Shown here: positions 1 to 9,797 of the stretch, piece after piece
Layout of the letters: the number at the start of each line of letters is the position of its first letter
Numbering within the stretch: position 1 is the stretch's first letter
Assembly: GCA_964545065.1 (NCBI GenBank)
Contig: CAZJEO010000001.1
Location: 128,663-192,662 of the forward strand
Direction: 5' to 3'
DNA length: 64,000 nt
Source of the DNA: Candidatus Woesearchaeota archaeon
GTDB lineage: Archaea; Nanobdellota; Nanobdellia; Pacearchaeales; GW2011-AR1
Program-made: the position numbers and the translations under genes
The notes under the pieces: generated by a model
Told to the model about the DNA's origin: nothing
Databases searched by the model: none
The model's input: the letters and a program-made list of their open reading frames with translations, nothing else

Positions 1-328
1 TAATTTAAATTCAAATAAGGGGACTGATAAAAGCGCAGATGTTTGGAATGGTGATGTTGTTGAAGTAGAAATTAAAGCTTCTAATTGGAAATTTGAACCA
101 GAATTAGTTGAAGTTAATTTTGGGGATAAGGTTGAATTACATTTGGAAAGTACTGAAGGGACACATGGGTTTGTTTTATCTCAATTTAAGGTTAGTGAAA
201 CCTTGATTCCTGGAAAAGATGTGCATTTTGAATTTATTGCAGATAAAAAAGGGACTTTTAGTTTTTATTGTAGTGTTCCTTGTGGAAGTGGACATTCAGG
301 AATGAATGGGATTTTTGTTGTTAAATAA
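1..328 (+). CDS. Cupredoxin-domain (CuA-type) protein, 5' partial
   Basis: Frame is open from the window start (NLNSNKG...EIKASNWKFEP...). Carries the HGF motif and CSVPCGSGHSGM (CxxxCxxxHxxM). Confidence 0.85.
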   Translation, partial: NLNSNKGTDKSADVWNGDVVEVEIKASNWKFEPELVEVNFGDKVELHLESTEGTHGFVLSQFKVSETLIPGKDVHFEFIADKKGTFSFYCSVPCGSGHSGMNGIFVVK

Positions 329-357
329 GATAGTTGATCTTAAAAATAAATTAGAAA

Positions 358-678
358 ATGGTAAAGAAAGAATGTTGCGATATACTAGGAAATGAATTAA
401 ATCTAAATAAAAATTGGTTTAAATCTAAAAAAGCAAATGGCGATGAGTGGGTACCTGCTTTTGTTCAAAAAGTTGATGAGCAAAAATGTATTGGTTGCGG
501 TATGTGTGTTAAGATTTGTTTAGGGGATTGTTATCAATTGAAAAAAGTAAATAGAAAAGTAGTGAGTGTTGTTGTTAATCCTCAAAATTGTTATGGAGAT
601 TGTCATTGTCATAAAATATGTCCTGTAAAAGGTGGAGCAATGATTTGTAAACCAAAATCAATAGAAAAAATAAAATGA
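358..678 (+). CDS. 4Fe-4S dicluster ferredoxin-like protein
   Basis: CIGCGMCVKIC and CYGDCHCHKICP motifs. Confidence 0.8.
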   Translation: MVKKECCDILGNELNLNKNWFKSKKANGDEWVPAFVQKVDEQKCIGCGMCVKICLGDCYQLKKVNRKVVSVVVNPQNCYGDCHCHKICPVKGGAMICKPKSIEKIK

Positions 679-1652
679 GAAAATTATATTTACTTATTAT
701 AGCATTTATTCTAATCTTAGTTGCGCCGATGATTTTAGCTCATAGTGGCGAAGCTATAGATCCCAATTTGCCGGAAAATATTCAGAAATCAATAGAATAT
801 AAACATGAACAAGCTGATTTTTATCTTAGAAATTTATCTTTTATCATTGCTTTTTTAGCAGGAATTTTAGGTATTTTGACTCCTTGTAGTCTTGCAATAC
901 TTCCTGCTTTTTTTGCTTATAGTTTTGAAGGAAAGAAACAAATAACTAAAATGACTTCTATATTCTTTCTTGGATTTGCTCCTGTTTTTATTCTTTTTGG
1001 ATTATTGGCAACTCTTTTAGGAAAAACTTTAGCAATGTTTCAACAAGCTAATAAAACTCTTGTAATAGTTGCAGGAATCTTTCTAATAGTTTTCGGATTA
1101 ATGATTTTGTTTGGCAAAGGGTTTTCAGGAATTAAATTTAAGAGAAAAACAAAGAAAACACCTTTTGGAATCTTCTTATTTGGAATCTTTTTTGCAATTG
1201 GATTTACAGCTTGTATGGGACCTATTTTAGTTGGAATATTATTAATTGCAGGCACTTTACAAAATTATGTTTACGCAGGAATTTTAATGATTTTTTATTC
1301 TCTTGGATTATTTGTGCCTTTATTTTTAATTTCAATGACTTTTGATAAATTTAATTTTACGAAAAAAATTAATAATATGAATAAGAAAATAGGATTTCCT
1401 ATAAGTGAGTTAATTGCTGGAATATTGTTATTAGCTCTAGGAATTGCATTTATTGTATTTGGTGGGACTAATTTTTTCAATTTCCTTGGTTTTGGCAATG
1501 TAACTGTATTTATTTATTCTTTACAAGAAAAATTAATTGACCTAAAATTTATAAATTATCTTGGTTTTGTTATATTAGCTATATTTGGATTTTTATTATT
1601 TAAATTTTTGAGAAAAAAGAAAAATAAAGAGATTCAACAAGATGAAAAATAA
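675..1652 (+). CDS. ccdA: Cytochrome c biogenesis / thiol-disulfide transporter, CcdA family
   Basis: Multi-TM protein with LTPCSLAILP and FTACMGPIL cysteine motifs. Confidence 0.85.
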   Translation: MRKLYLLIIAFILILVAPMILAHSGEAIDPNLPENIQKSIEYKHEQADFYLRNLSFIIAFLAGILGILTPCSLAILPAFFAYSFEGKKQITKMTSIFFLGFAPVFILFGLLATLLGKTLAMFQQANKTLVIVAGIFLIVFGLMILFGKGFSGIKFKRKTKKTPFGIFLFGIFFAIGFTACMGPILVGILLIAGTLQNYVYAGILMIFYSLGLFVPLFLISMTFDKFNFTKKINNMNKKIGFPISELIAGILLLALGIAFIVFGGTNFFNFLGFGNVTVFIYSLQEKLIDLKFINYLGFVILAIFGFLLFKFLRKKKNKEIQQDEK

Positions 1653-2133
1653 AAGTTTGATTATTTTGGGAATTGTCGTCGTTCTTGTGGTTTGGTTAGG
1701 ATATTCTGTACTTAATGATTCGAATATAGGTGCTGTTGGTTCTGATCATAGTCATGCTAATTTTATGGTTTTTATTAACGGGGAGCAAATAAATTTTGCT
1801 TTGCCACAATATATGGTTAAAGTTCAAGAGGTTCATATTGAAAATATGAATGGAGTTACAATACATAAACATGCAATAGGAGTTACTCTTGGATATTTCT
1901 TTAAAACATTGGGATTTAAATTTAATGAAGAATGTTTTGTTACAGATAAAAAAGAAAAGTTTTGTAGTGAAGGAGATAAAAAATTAAATTTTTATGTTAA
2001 TGGAAATAAGAACTTGGTATATGGAGATTATGAAATAGTAGATGGTGATAAATATTTAATTAGTTATGGTAGTTCAAATGAGAACATTCAAGAACAACTT
2101 GATGAATTGAATGAAATAGAAATTGAAGAATAA
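1642..2133 (+). CDS. Membrane-anchored His-rich hypothetical protein
   Basis: N-terminal TM; HxH motifs (DHSHA, VHIE, IHKHA); overlaps neighbouring genes. Confidence 0.7.
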   Translation: MKNKSLIILGIVVVLVVWLGYSVLNDSNIGAVGSDHSHANFMVFINGEQINFALPQYMVKVQEVHIENMNGVTIHKHAIGVTLGYFFKTLGFKFNEECFVTDKKEKFCSEGDKKLNFYVNGNKNLVYGDYEIVDGDKYLISYGSSNENIQEQLDELNEIEIEE

Positions 2134-2314
2134 AATGTTAAAAGAGATATTATTTATGGATGGGCATGCTGTTACTCTGAACAATCCTGGTTGGGAAAGT
2201 GTTTCTGCAGGACTCGGTTCCATTGAACAATATAGCATAATCCTTATTGTTTTAATTATTATTGGAATTATTCTTTTAATAAAGTGGATGAAGGGTAGGC
2301 GGATTGTTAATTAG
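2123..2314 (+). CDS. Small single-TM protein
   Basis: Tightly packed in the operon; C-terminal hydrophobic helix; start uncertain. Confidence 0.55.
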   Translation: MKNKMLKEILFMDGHAVTLNNPGWESVSAGLGSIEQYSIILIVLIIIGIILLIKWMKGRRIVN

Positions 2315-2824
2315 ATGGAAATTAGAAAAGTATTTAGTATATTGAAAGAAATTTATAAGAATAAAAAATATTTTTACTTGACTTTTATTTCTGCTATTGT
2401 TTTATTTATTGTATTGTATAAATTAACTCTTGCGACAATTGCAGACAATAGTTTGAAGATTTTTATTATGATGTCTGGATATAATTATACTTATTTTACT
2501 TTGCTTAGTTTTGTTGTAATTTCTGTTTTATTTGGAATTTATTTGAGTGTTTTTATTTATCGGTTTAAATTGATTAAACTTATGCGAAAGAAGAAAGGAA
2601 CTTCTATTGGTTTTATTGGATATCTTGGTTTGATTGCAGGAGTTTTTGGTGCTGGGTGTCCAACATGTGGTTCTGTAATCTTTGCTCTTGTCGGAGCACC
2701 TTTGGCTTTGATGTATTTTCCATTTAGAGGATTGGAATTAAGATTGTTGTCAATAATTATTTTAGGGATTTCTATTTATATTTTAACTAGGAGTTTATAT
2801 AAGTGTGGAGCTTGCAAAAAATGA
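2315..2824 (+). CDS. Membrane protein with GCPTC motif
   Basis: Four hydrophobic segments, intramembrane CxxC, C-terminal CGAC. Confidence 0.75.
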   Translation: MEIRKVFSILKEIYKNKKYFYLTFISAIVLFIVLYKLTLATIADNSLKIFIMMSGYNYTYFTLLSFVVISVLFGIYLSVFIYRFKLIKLMRKKKGTSIGFIGYLGLIAGVFGAGCPTCGSVIFALVGAPLALMYFPFRGLELRLLSIIILGISIYILTRSLYKCGACKK

Positions 2825-2853
2825 AACACACCCACCAAATAGGTCTAAAAAAA

Positions 2854-2897
2854 GGGCGTACCCAAAGAGGGCACGAGAACCTGCAAGCAGGTACCCC
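2854..2897 (+). repeat. CCCAAG-family micro-element, subfamily B (intergenic)
   Basis: GGGCGTACCCAAAGAGGGCACGAGAACCT nearly matches 33371-33399; ends in the hairpin ACCTGC-AA-GCAGGT. Confidence 0.8.
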
Positions 2898-2934
2898 GAA
2901 AGATTTTGAAAAAAAATCTTTACAAGGGGCAACA

Positions 2935-2970
2935 TTTAAATATCATATATGTATTCGATTATCATATGAT
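2935..2970 (+). promoter_or_regulatory. TATA box plus candidate ArsR operator
   Basis: TTTAAATA at 2935-2942; inverted repeat ATCATAT (2942-2948) / ATATGAT (2964-2970) overlapping the likely ATG at 2966. Confidence 0.45.
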
Positions 2971-3316
2971 TAATGAGTACATATCTGAAAAAGAATTGCA
3001 TAAAGCATACAAAATCTTTTTTGGAACCTTGGTTTCTGAATCTAGGTTAAAGATAATTAATTTGCTTAGAAAAGGAAAGAAAAATGTTTCTCAGATTATT
3101 AAAGAATTAAAGATGAATCAGAGTGCTGTTTCTCATGATTTAGCTAGGTTGAAAGATTGTGGATTTGTTTTAGTAGAAGCAAAGGGAAAATTTAGATATT
3201 ATAAATTAAATGAGAAAACAATTCAACCATTAATGGGAATTATTGATAAGCATATGAAGGGAAATTGTATTCATATTTTAAGAAAAGAAAAAGGGAGGGG
3301 TAAGGATGAAAATTAA
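2966..3316 (+). CDS. ArsR/SmtB family transcriptional regulator
   Basis: SRLKIINLL...NVSQI...QSAVSHDLARL...GKFRYYKL winged HTH. Start moved to the ATG at 2966. Confidence 0.9.
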   Translation: MINEYISEKELHKAYKIFFGTLVSESRLKIINLLRKGKKNVSQIIKELKMNQSAVSHDLARLKDCGFVLVEAKGKFRYYKLNEKTIQPLMGIIDKHMKGNCIHILRKEKGRGKDEN

Positions 3317-3755
3317 AACAAAAGCTTGGATGCGTGGAATATTAGCTATTTTAATTGTTGTTGCTATTAATTTAATTGTGTTAAGTTTATTGGATTTTCC
3401 ACTTATGGCTAGGGAGATAATTGGAAAATATTGGATATTAATTGTATTACTTATTGGGGGTTTTGGGCTTCAGATTGGATTGTTTACTTATTTTAAGGCT
3501 TTGAATGCTATAAGTTGCACAACCACTGTTGCTTCGGGAGGAATTTCTGCAATAAGTATGATATTATGTTGTAGTCATTATTTGTTGAACATATTGCCAT
3601 TCTTGGGAGCAGTCGTTGGAATCTCTGGATTAGCAGCGTTATCAAGATATACTGTTTATTTTTTGATGGGCGGAGTAATTTCAAATGTTATTGGAATTGG
3701 GATAATGTATTATCAAACTAAAAAATTTACTAAAAAGATAAAACATGGGACATAA
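3306..3755 (+). CDS. Membrane protein with CCxH motif
   Basis: Hydrophobic segments; SMILCCSH; within the metal operon. Confidence 0.75.
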   Translation: MKIKTKAWMRGILAILIVVAINLIVLSLLDFPLMAREIIGKYWILIVLLIGGFGLQIGLFTYFKALNAISCTTTVASGGISAISMILCCSHYLLNILPFLGAVVGISGLAALSRYTVYFLMGGVISNVIGIGIMYYQTKKFTKKIKHGT

Positions 3756-4101
3756 AGTTTTAGCGTATGTGGGGTTAGGAGTTGTACTATTATTCTTGAT
3801 TGGGACATTTGCAATGGGGGGTAGAGGTATGAGTGGAAAAAGTGTTAGTAACACGGATGATATGGCTGGACATCATGGTGGAGGACAAGTTGTTGGGAAT
3901 ATGGACGGCCATCATGGAGGCGGCGAACAATTTATCATAAGCAGTGAAGAGCTGGCTAAATACCGCTCTGAAGACATCCCAGCAGATTGCAGACTTCCAG
4001 ATTATGAAAATGATTTGGATTCTTGGAAAGAACATTTAGGTCATCATGAGAACACTTTATATTGTTTGGATTATTATGAACTAGAAGGGGGTGGGAAATG
4101 A
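3745..4101 (+). CDS. Membrane-anchored His/Met-rich putative metal-binding protein
   Basis: N-terminal TM; duplicated MxGHHGGG; WKEHLGHH...C. Confidence 0.7.
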   Translation: MGHKVLAYVGLGVVLLFLIGTFAMGGRGMSGKSVSNTDDMAGHHGGGQVVGNMDGHHGGGEQFIISSEELAKYRSEDIPADCRLPDYENDLDSWKEHLGHHENTLYCLDYYELEGGGK

Positions 4102-4316
4102 AAAAAGAAATTTTAATATCTTTGATGTTAATTGCCTTGCTTGGATTTGTCTCTGCACATACTGGAGAAGAATTAGGACATCATAGTATGATGGATGGGA
4201 TGATGGGAAGTTATGGAACTGGCTGGTGGATATTTGGTTGGTTGTTTATGGTAGCTGTTTTTGTTGCAATTATACTATTGATTGTTTGGTTAATTAAACA
4301 GATACAAAAGAAATGA
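4098..4316 (+). CDS. Small His/Met/Gly-rich membrane protein
   Basis: Signal-like N-terminus, GHHSMMDGMMG, C-terminal TM. Confidence 0.7.
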   Translation: MKKEILISLMLIALLGFVSAHTGEELGHHSMMDGMMGSYGTGWWIFGWLFMVAVFVAIILLIVWLIKQIQKK

Positions 4317-4322
4317 AACAAA

Positions 4323-4514
4323 ATGAGTTTATTTAATAAGAAATGTGAATATTGTAAAAGAAAGATAGAAAAAGGAAAAGAGACTCTAAGGAATGTGAAA
4401 GACCCTGCATTTGTAGGAACAAAAGAAAAAGCCTTTTGTTGTTCAGAGCATGCGGATGATTATGAAAAAGAGGTACTTAATGCAAAGAAAAGTGGTGGAG
4501 GATGTTGTGGTTAG
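4323..4514 (+). CDS. TRASH/YHS-like small metal-binding protein
   Basis: CEYC...FCCSEH...GGCCG. Confidence 0.7.
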   Translation: MSLFNKKCEYCKRKIEKGKETLRNVKDPAFVGTKEKAFCCSEHADDYEKEVLNAKKSGGGCCG

Positions 4515-4676
4515 ATGGTAAAAGAAATAGAAAAACACGGCGAGAAATTTTATCAGTGTGGAGAATGTAAATTTATTTACAAAGATAAAAGTTGGGCTGA
4601 AAAATGTGAAGAGTGGTGTAAAAAGACTAAGAGTTGTAATCTTGATATAACTAAACATGCTATAAATAAAAAATAG
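4515..4676 (+). CDS. 53-aa Cys-rich zinc-finger-like protein (absent from ORF track)
   Basis: MVKEIEKHGEKFYQCGECKFIYKDKSWAEKCEEWCKKTKSCNLDITKHAINKK; ATG directly follows the upstream TAG. Confidence 0.8.
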   Translation: MVKEIEKHGEKFYQCGECKFIYKDKSWAEKCEEWCKKTKSCNLDITKHAINKK

Positions 4677-4686
4677 TAAAACTAAA

Positions 4687-5049
4687 ATGTTAGACATGAA
4701 ATTAAGAAAAAGGAAATTAAAAATTGAAGGTATGACCTGTTCTGGATGTGAACAAAAAATTGAAGAAGCATTGCAAGAATTAAAGGGGGTTAAAAGTGTA
4801 AATGCGAATCATGAAACAGGAAAACTTATTTTGGAGTACGACATTGTGGAAACTGCATTAAAAGAGATAGAACCTCACATTGAAGATTTAGGTTATCATT
4901 TTTCATCTGGATTTTTTGGTAAAATGAAACGAGCATCTATTTATGACGCAGATAAAACAGCAAGAGAAAATTATTCAGCGAACATGACTCAAGGTAGCAG
5001 ACTTAATTGCTGTGATTTAAATCAAGATAAAACTTTGAAAAGGAGGTGA
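4687..5049 (+). CDS. HMA-domain copper chaperone-like protein
   Basis: GMTCSGC motif; C-terminal CC. Confidence 0.85.
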   Translation: MLDMKLRKRKLKIEGMTCSGCEQKIEEALQELKGVKSVNANHETGKLILEYDIVETALKEIEPHIEDLGYHFSSGFFGKMKRASIYDADKTARENYSANMTQGSRLNCCDLNQDKTLKRR

Positions 5050-5055
5050 AACTAA

Positions 5056-5250
5056 ATGAAAAAATTGTTTAAAGTTCTTGCATGGATTTCAATAGCTTGC
5101 GGATTACTTGCTTATTTAGTAGGTTGGATTGCTTTATTTACAAAATCGGTTTTTTGGGGAGTTCCAAACGAATTTTGGTTTTATGATGCAATTGCTACAG
5201 GAATGTTTGGTGTATTTTTCCTAATATATTCTGTGCATATGAAGAAATAA
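5056..5250 (+). CDS. Small two-TM protein
   Basis: GGAGGTG Shine-Dalgarno upstream; two hydrophobic helices. Confidence 0.65.
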   Translation: MKKLFKVLAWISIACGLLAYLVGWIALFTKSVFWGVPNEFWFYDAIATGMFGVFFLIYSVHMKK

Positions 5251-5253
5251 AAG

Positions 5254-7743
5254 ATGAAAAAAATATATAAAATAGAAGGAATTACTTGTGCTAGTTGTGC
5301 TGGGCATATAGAAAGGGCCGTGAAGAAAATTAAAGGTGTAACAAATGCAAGTGTGAATTTTGCTAACAAAAAAGCATATATTGAAGGAGATTTTAATGAT
5401 AATGAGATAAAAGAATCTGTTTCTAAAATTGGTAATTATAAAGCAATATCAGAAGATGAAAAAGATAGTGAGGTTAAAAAAGAAGGAAAAGATTCTGGAA
5501 AAGAACAAACAACGACTTTTACTGTTAAAGGTTTAGATAATCCTCATTGTAGTATGACTGTTGAAAAAGCTGTTAAAAAATTGAAAGGTATTGGTAAGGT
5601 TGATATTAATATTAATACTCACAAGGCTAAAATTACTCATTCAATTCCTAAAGAGGAAATAATCAAAGCAATAAATGATGCAGGTTATGAAGTTTTGAAA
5701 GAAAGTGAAGATGAAAAAGATTCGGAAATTAAAGAGATGAACAAGGCTAAAAAAAGAATGTGGTATGCTTGGATATTTGCTTTGCCTGTTGGTATATTAA
5801 TGATTTTGGAAATGTTCACTAAATTGGAAGTTCCTTATATTGATTATATTTTTGTTTTAGCTGCTATCCCTGTTTTGTTTATTTTTGGTTGGAAGACTTA
5901 TGTTTCTGGGTTGAAGTCTGCAAGGTATCTTGCATTTAATATGGACTTCTTAATTATGCTTGGAACATTTGCAGCATTTATTACTGGGATAATCGGGTTT
6001 TTTCTTCCTATAGAAAATTATGCTGCAATAGCCGCAATGATTATGGCTTTTCATTTGACAGGGAGATATGTTGAAGCTAAGGCAAGAGGGAAAGCATCTG
6101 AAGCTATAAAAAAATTACTTGAGTTGGGTGTAAAAACTGCGGTGGTTATTAGAAATAATTCCCCAAGGGATGACTCCTCAAAGGATGACTCTGGTGAGCC
6201 GTCTGGTGAGCCTAAGGAAATTGAAATTCCTATTTCTGAAGTTAAGATTGGAGATGTGATGATTGTTAAACCAGGAGAAAAGATTCCTACAGATGGTATT
6301 GTTATTAAGGGTGAATCTGCGGTTGATGAATCAATGGTGAGTGGAGAGAGTATGCCTGTTGAAAAAATGAAGAATTCAAAAGTTATTGGAGCTACAGTTA
6401 ATCAAGATGGTGTTTTATATGTTAAGGCGGAGAAGATTGGTAAGGATACTTTTTTGTCTCAGGTTGTTAAGTTAGTTGAAGAGGCTCAAGGAAGTAAGAT
6501 TCCAATACAGGAATTTGCAGATAAGATTACTCGGTACTTTGTTCCTGTTGTTATTGTGGTAGCTGTTTTAACGATTTTCATCTGGCTTGTTTTTCCAGAA
6601 GTAATGCAAAGTATAGCTGGTTTTTTTGACTTTCTCCCTTGGATTAATTTTAATGTTGGGCATGTTGCTCTTGCATTATTTGCTGCAATAGCTGTTTTAG
6701 TTATTGCTTGTCCTTGTGCCTTGGGTCTTGCTACACCAACTGCATTAATGGTTGGTTCTGGTTTAGGAGCTGGGAAAGGTATCTTCATTAGAAGGGGGGA
6801 AGCTATTCAAACAATGAAGGAAATTAAGACTATTATGTTTGATAAAACTGGAACAATAACGAAAGGGAAACCAGAAGTTACAGATATTATTGGAGATGAA
6901 AAGCAGATCTTAAAGATAGCAGGTTCTGTTGAGAGTGTTTCAGAGCACCCTCTTTCTAAGGCAATTGTAAAAAGAGCTAAGGAAAAGAGAATTAAATTGT
7001 TAGAAGTTAAGAACTTTAAAGCTAAGAGAGGTAGAGGAATTGAAGCTAGTTTAGGAAGAAATAAAATTCTTATTGGAAATAGAAAATTAATGACTGAGAA
7101 TAAAATTAGTTTTGAAGGTTATGAAGATAGAATTATAGAACTTGAAAATGATGGTAAGACTGTTATGATTTTATCTGATAATGGCAAAGTTTTAGGGCTC
7201 ATAGCTGTTGCAGATACTTTGAAACAAGATGCTAAAAAAACTATTTCTGAATTAAAAGAAATGGGTCTTAAGACTGTTATAATTACAGGAGATAATGAAA
7301 GAACTGCTAAGGCCATTGCAAAGCAAGTTGGTATTGATTCTGTTTTAGCAGATGTGTTACCTGATGAAAAAATGAAGAAAGTTATGGAGCTTCAGAAGAC
7401 AGGAATGGTGGCTTTTGTTGGCGATGGTATTAATGATGCTCCTGCTTTGAAGCAGGCAAATGTTGGAATTGCGATTGGAACTGGAACAGATATTGCAATT
7501 GAATCGGGAGATATAATTCTTGCTAAGGGTGATTTGCAGGGAGTTGTTTCTGCAATTAAGTTAAGCAAGGAAACATTCAAGAAAATAAAACAAAACTTGT
7601 TCTGGGCTTTTGGTTATAATATTGTAGCTATCCCTCTTGCGATAATTGGAGTTTTGCATCCTGTGATTGCTGAGATAGCAATGGCGACTTCTTCATTGAC
7701 TGTTGTGGGGAATGCTAATCTTTTGAGAAGGAAGAAGATTTAG
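5254..7743 (+). CDS. copA: Copper-translocating P1B-type ATPase
   Basis: [34 protein letters not shown] and MxxSS motifs. Confidence 0.95.
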   Translation: MKKIYKIEGITCASCAGHIERAVKKIKGVTNASVNFANKKAYIEGDFNDNEIKESVSKIGNYKAISEDEKDSEVKKEGKDSGKEQTTTFTVKGLDNPHCSMTVEKAVKKLKGIGKVDININTHKAKITHSIPKEEIIKAINDAGYEVLKESEDEKDSEIKEMNKAKKRMWYAWIFALPVGILMILEMFTKLEVPYIDYIFVLAAIPVLFIFGWKTYVSGLKSARYLAFNMDFLIMLGTFAAFITGIIGFFLPIENYAAIAAMIMAFHLTGRYVEAKARGKASEAIKKLLELGVKTAVVIRNNSPRDDSSKDDSGEPSGEPKEIEIPISEVKIGDVMIVKPGEKIPTDGIVIKGESAVDESMVSGESMPVEKMKNSKVIGATVNQDGVLYVKAEKIGKDTFLSQVVKLVEEAQGSKIPIQEFADKITRYFVPVVIVVAVLTIFIWLVFPEVMQSIAGFFDFLPWINFNVGHVALALFAAIAVLVIACPCALGLATPTALMVGSGLGAGKGIFIRRGEAIQTMKEIKTIMFDKTGTITKGKPEVTDIIGDEKQILKIAGSVESVSEHPLSKAIVKRAKEKRIKLLEVKNFKAKRGRGIEASLGRNKILIGNRKLMTENKISFEGYEDRIIELENDGKTVMILSDNGKVLGLIAVADTLKQDAKKTISELKEMGLKTVIITGDNERTAKAIAKQVGIDSVLADVLPDEKMKKVMELQKTGMVAFVGDGINDAPALKQANVGIAIGTGTDIAIESGDIILAKGDLQGVVSAIKLSKETFKKIKQNLFWAFGYNIVAIPLAIIGVLHPVIAEIAMATSSLTVVGNANLLRRKKI
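6160..6213 (+). mobile_element. Two nested 27-nt micro-elements in-frame in copA
   Basis: TCCCCAAGGGATGAC[TCCTCAAAGGATGACTCTGGTGAGCCG]TCTGGTGAGCCT, adding [18 protein letters not shown] to the VIRNN-KEIEIP loop. Confidence 0.8.
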
Positions 7744-7923
7744 GAAGAGAAGGGAATTTTAATTTGTTGGGAAGGGAGAGGATATAGGAAGAGAGGGAGA
7801 GGGGAATTTATGGATACCAAAATCTTTAATAAATCCTTAAAATAGCAGTTTTAAATTGATTTTATGCGGTTTATCTACAAAAGATAACGATAAATTTATA
7901 AATGCCCTTATCATGAATAATTT

Positions 7924-9162
7924 ATGATAATTGAAACATCTGTGGAAAATTATTTATCGATTAAAGAAAAAGTTACACTTAGCCTTGACTCTGGTTCTAG
8001 CAAAAAACTTTCAAATAATTTAGTAGAAATGCCTAAAAACGAAAGATTGCTCAAGTCTGCAGTAATTTACGGAGCAAATGCATCAGGAAAATCTAACATA
8101 ATAAAATCGGTCTTTTTTATTTGGAACATGGTTAAAAACTCTCACTTATTTAATGTTGATGTAAAAATTCCCCGAGTTCCCTTTAAATTAGAAGAAAGCT
8201 ATCTAAAAAAACCAAGTAAATTTGAGATAATATTTATTCATAATAAAATAAAATACAAATATGGTTTTTCATGTGATAATGATAAATTCATTGAAGAATA
8301 TTTATATTACTGGCCTCAAGGAAGAGAGTCTAAAATTTTTAGTAGAAAAAACTCAAAAGAATTTGATTTCACAATTGATAGAAAACAACAACAATTAATT
8401 AAATCGCAAACAAATGAAAATGTGCTATATCTTTCGAGAGCAACTCAATTAGGATATCAAGGAACCAAAGAAGCTTATGATTTTATAATAAATAATCTTG
8501 TTATAAATTATAGTCCCATGTGGGAAGAGATTACAATTAAAAAAATATATGAAGATAATAAATTAAAAAATAAGATTATTGAAATACTTCAAAAAGCAGA
8601 TTTTGGTGGCATAACAGACATTAAAGTTATCAAAGATAAAAGAAAAGTTGGAGGAATTGAGTTTAAATTTGAAAAAGAAAAGATACTATCCAATCCATTA
8701 AAACCAGAAGAACAAGAATTCTATGATTTCAAATTTGTTCATAAGACTAAAAGTGGAAAATTAATTGATTTTGCATTCAATGAAGAATCTAATGGTACGA
8801 GAAGGACACTCTCCATGCTTGGGCCAATATTTGAAATATTAGAACTAGGAAAAGTCGCATTCATTGATGAATTTGAATTAAATTTGCATTCCAACATTAC
8901 AAAGTTTTTAATAAAACTTTTTAATAGTAAATTAAATAAAAAAAATGCTCAATTAATTTTTACAACTCACGACACAACTTTGTTAGATAATGAAATATTT
9001 AGAAGAGATCAAATATATATTTGTTCAAAAGATAAAAATAACTCAAGTAAATTAAATTCTTATATCGATTACAATCTTAGAGAAGATTCTGACTTTGAAA
9101 GAGCTTATTTAAATGGAAGAGTGGGAGGACTTCCTTTTATAGATGAAACTTTATTCAATTAA
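7924..9162 (+). CDS. AAA_21 / RloA-like ABC ATPase
   Basis: YGANASGKSN Walker A, ESNGT, FIDE Walker B, QLIFTTHD, C-terminal YLNGRVGGLP. Confidence 0.85.
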   Translation: MIIETSVENYLSIKEKVTLSLDSGSSKKLSNNLVEMPKNERLLKSAVIYGANASGKSNIIKSVFFIWNMVKNSHLFNVDVKIPRVPFKLEESYLKKPSKFEIIFIHNKIKYKYGFSCDNDKFIEEYLYYWPQGRESKIFSRKNSKEFDFTIDRKQQQLIKSQTNENVLYLSRATQLGYQGTKEAYDFIINNLVINYSPMWEEITIKKIYEDNKLKNKIIEILQKADFGGITDIKVIKDKRKVGGIEFKFEKEKILSNPLKPEEQEFYDFKFVHKTKSGKLIDFAFNEESNGTRRTLSMLGPIFEILELGKVAFIDEFELNLHSNITKFLIKLFNSKLNKKNAQLIFTTHDTTLLDNEIFRRDQIYICSKDKNNSSKLNSYIDYNLREDSDFERAYLNGRVGGLPFIDETLFN

Positions 9163-9164
9163 AA

Positions 9165-9770
9165 ATGGTGAGGAAAAGAGGGAGAAAACCCACAAACAAT
9201 CTTTGGATATTTTGTGAAGGTGAAAAAACAGAAATTAATTATTTTAGTAAATTAAAAACGCATGAAAGAATTTCTAGAATTAATATAAAAGTCAAGAGTG
9301 CAGATAAAATTACTGATGCTATTGGAGTTGTAAAATATGCCATTAGTTTTCTTCAAAATAAAAAAAGAGATTTTGAACCTGGTGATTTGATCTATTGCGT
9401 GCTTGATAGAGATGCTAACACAAATCAACATCTAGAAAAGGCATTAAAATTAGCAAACGAGAATGGTATCCTAATTATATTTTCTAACCCTTGTTTTGAA
9501 TATTGGATTCTTTGCCATTTTGAATATTTCATCACAACCTGTAATCCAGATGATATGATTAGAAAATTAAAGAAAAATTTAGGAATATATAGAAAGAATG
9601 ATTCGGATATTTACAAAAAGACGCAAGATAAAATAGCAATTGCGATAAGTAATGCTAAAAAAATTAAAGATACTCATGAAAAAAATGGGATCAAATTAAT
9701 TAGCCGAGAAAGTAATCCTTCAACATATGTTTTTGAATTGATTGAAAAGATTGAAGAATTAAGAGATTAA
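9165..9770 (+). CDS. RloB-like protein
   Basis: CEGEKTEINYF, LDRD, SNPCFEYWILCHF, NPSTYV motifs; paired with the ATPase. Confidence 0.85.
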   Translation: MVRKRGRKPTNNLWIFCEGEKTEINYFSKLKTHERISRINIKVKSADKITDAIGVVKYAISFLQNKKRDFEPGDLIYCVLDRDANTNQHLEKALKLANENGILIIFSNPCFEYWILCHFEYFITTCNPDDMIRKLKKNLGIYRKNDSDIYKKTQDKIAIAISNAKKIKDTHEKNGIKLISRESNPSTYVFELIEKIEELRD

Positions 9771-9797
9771 ATCTCAACACATCTTTTGATCTGCCTT

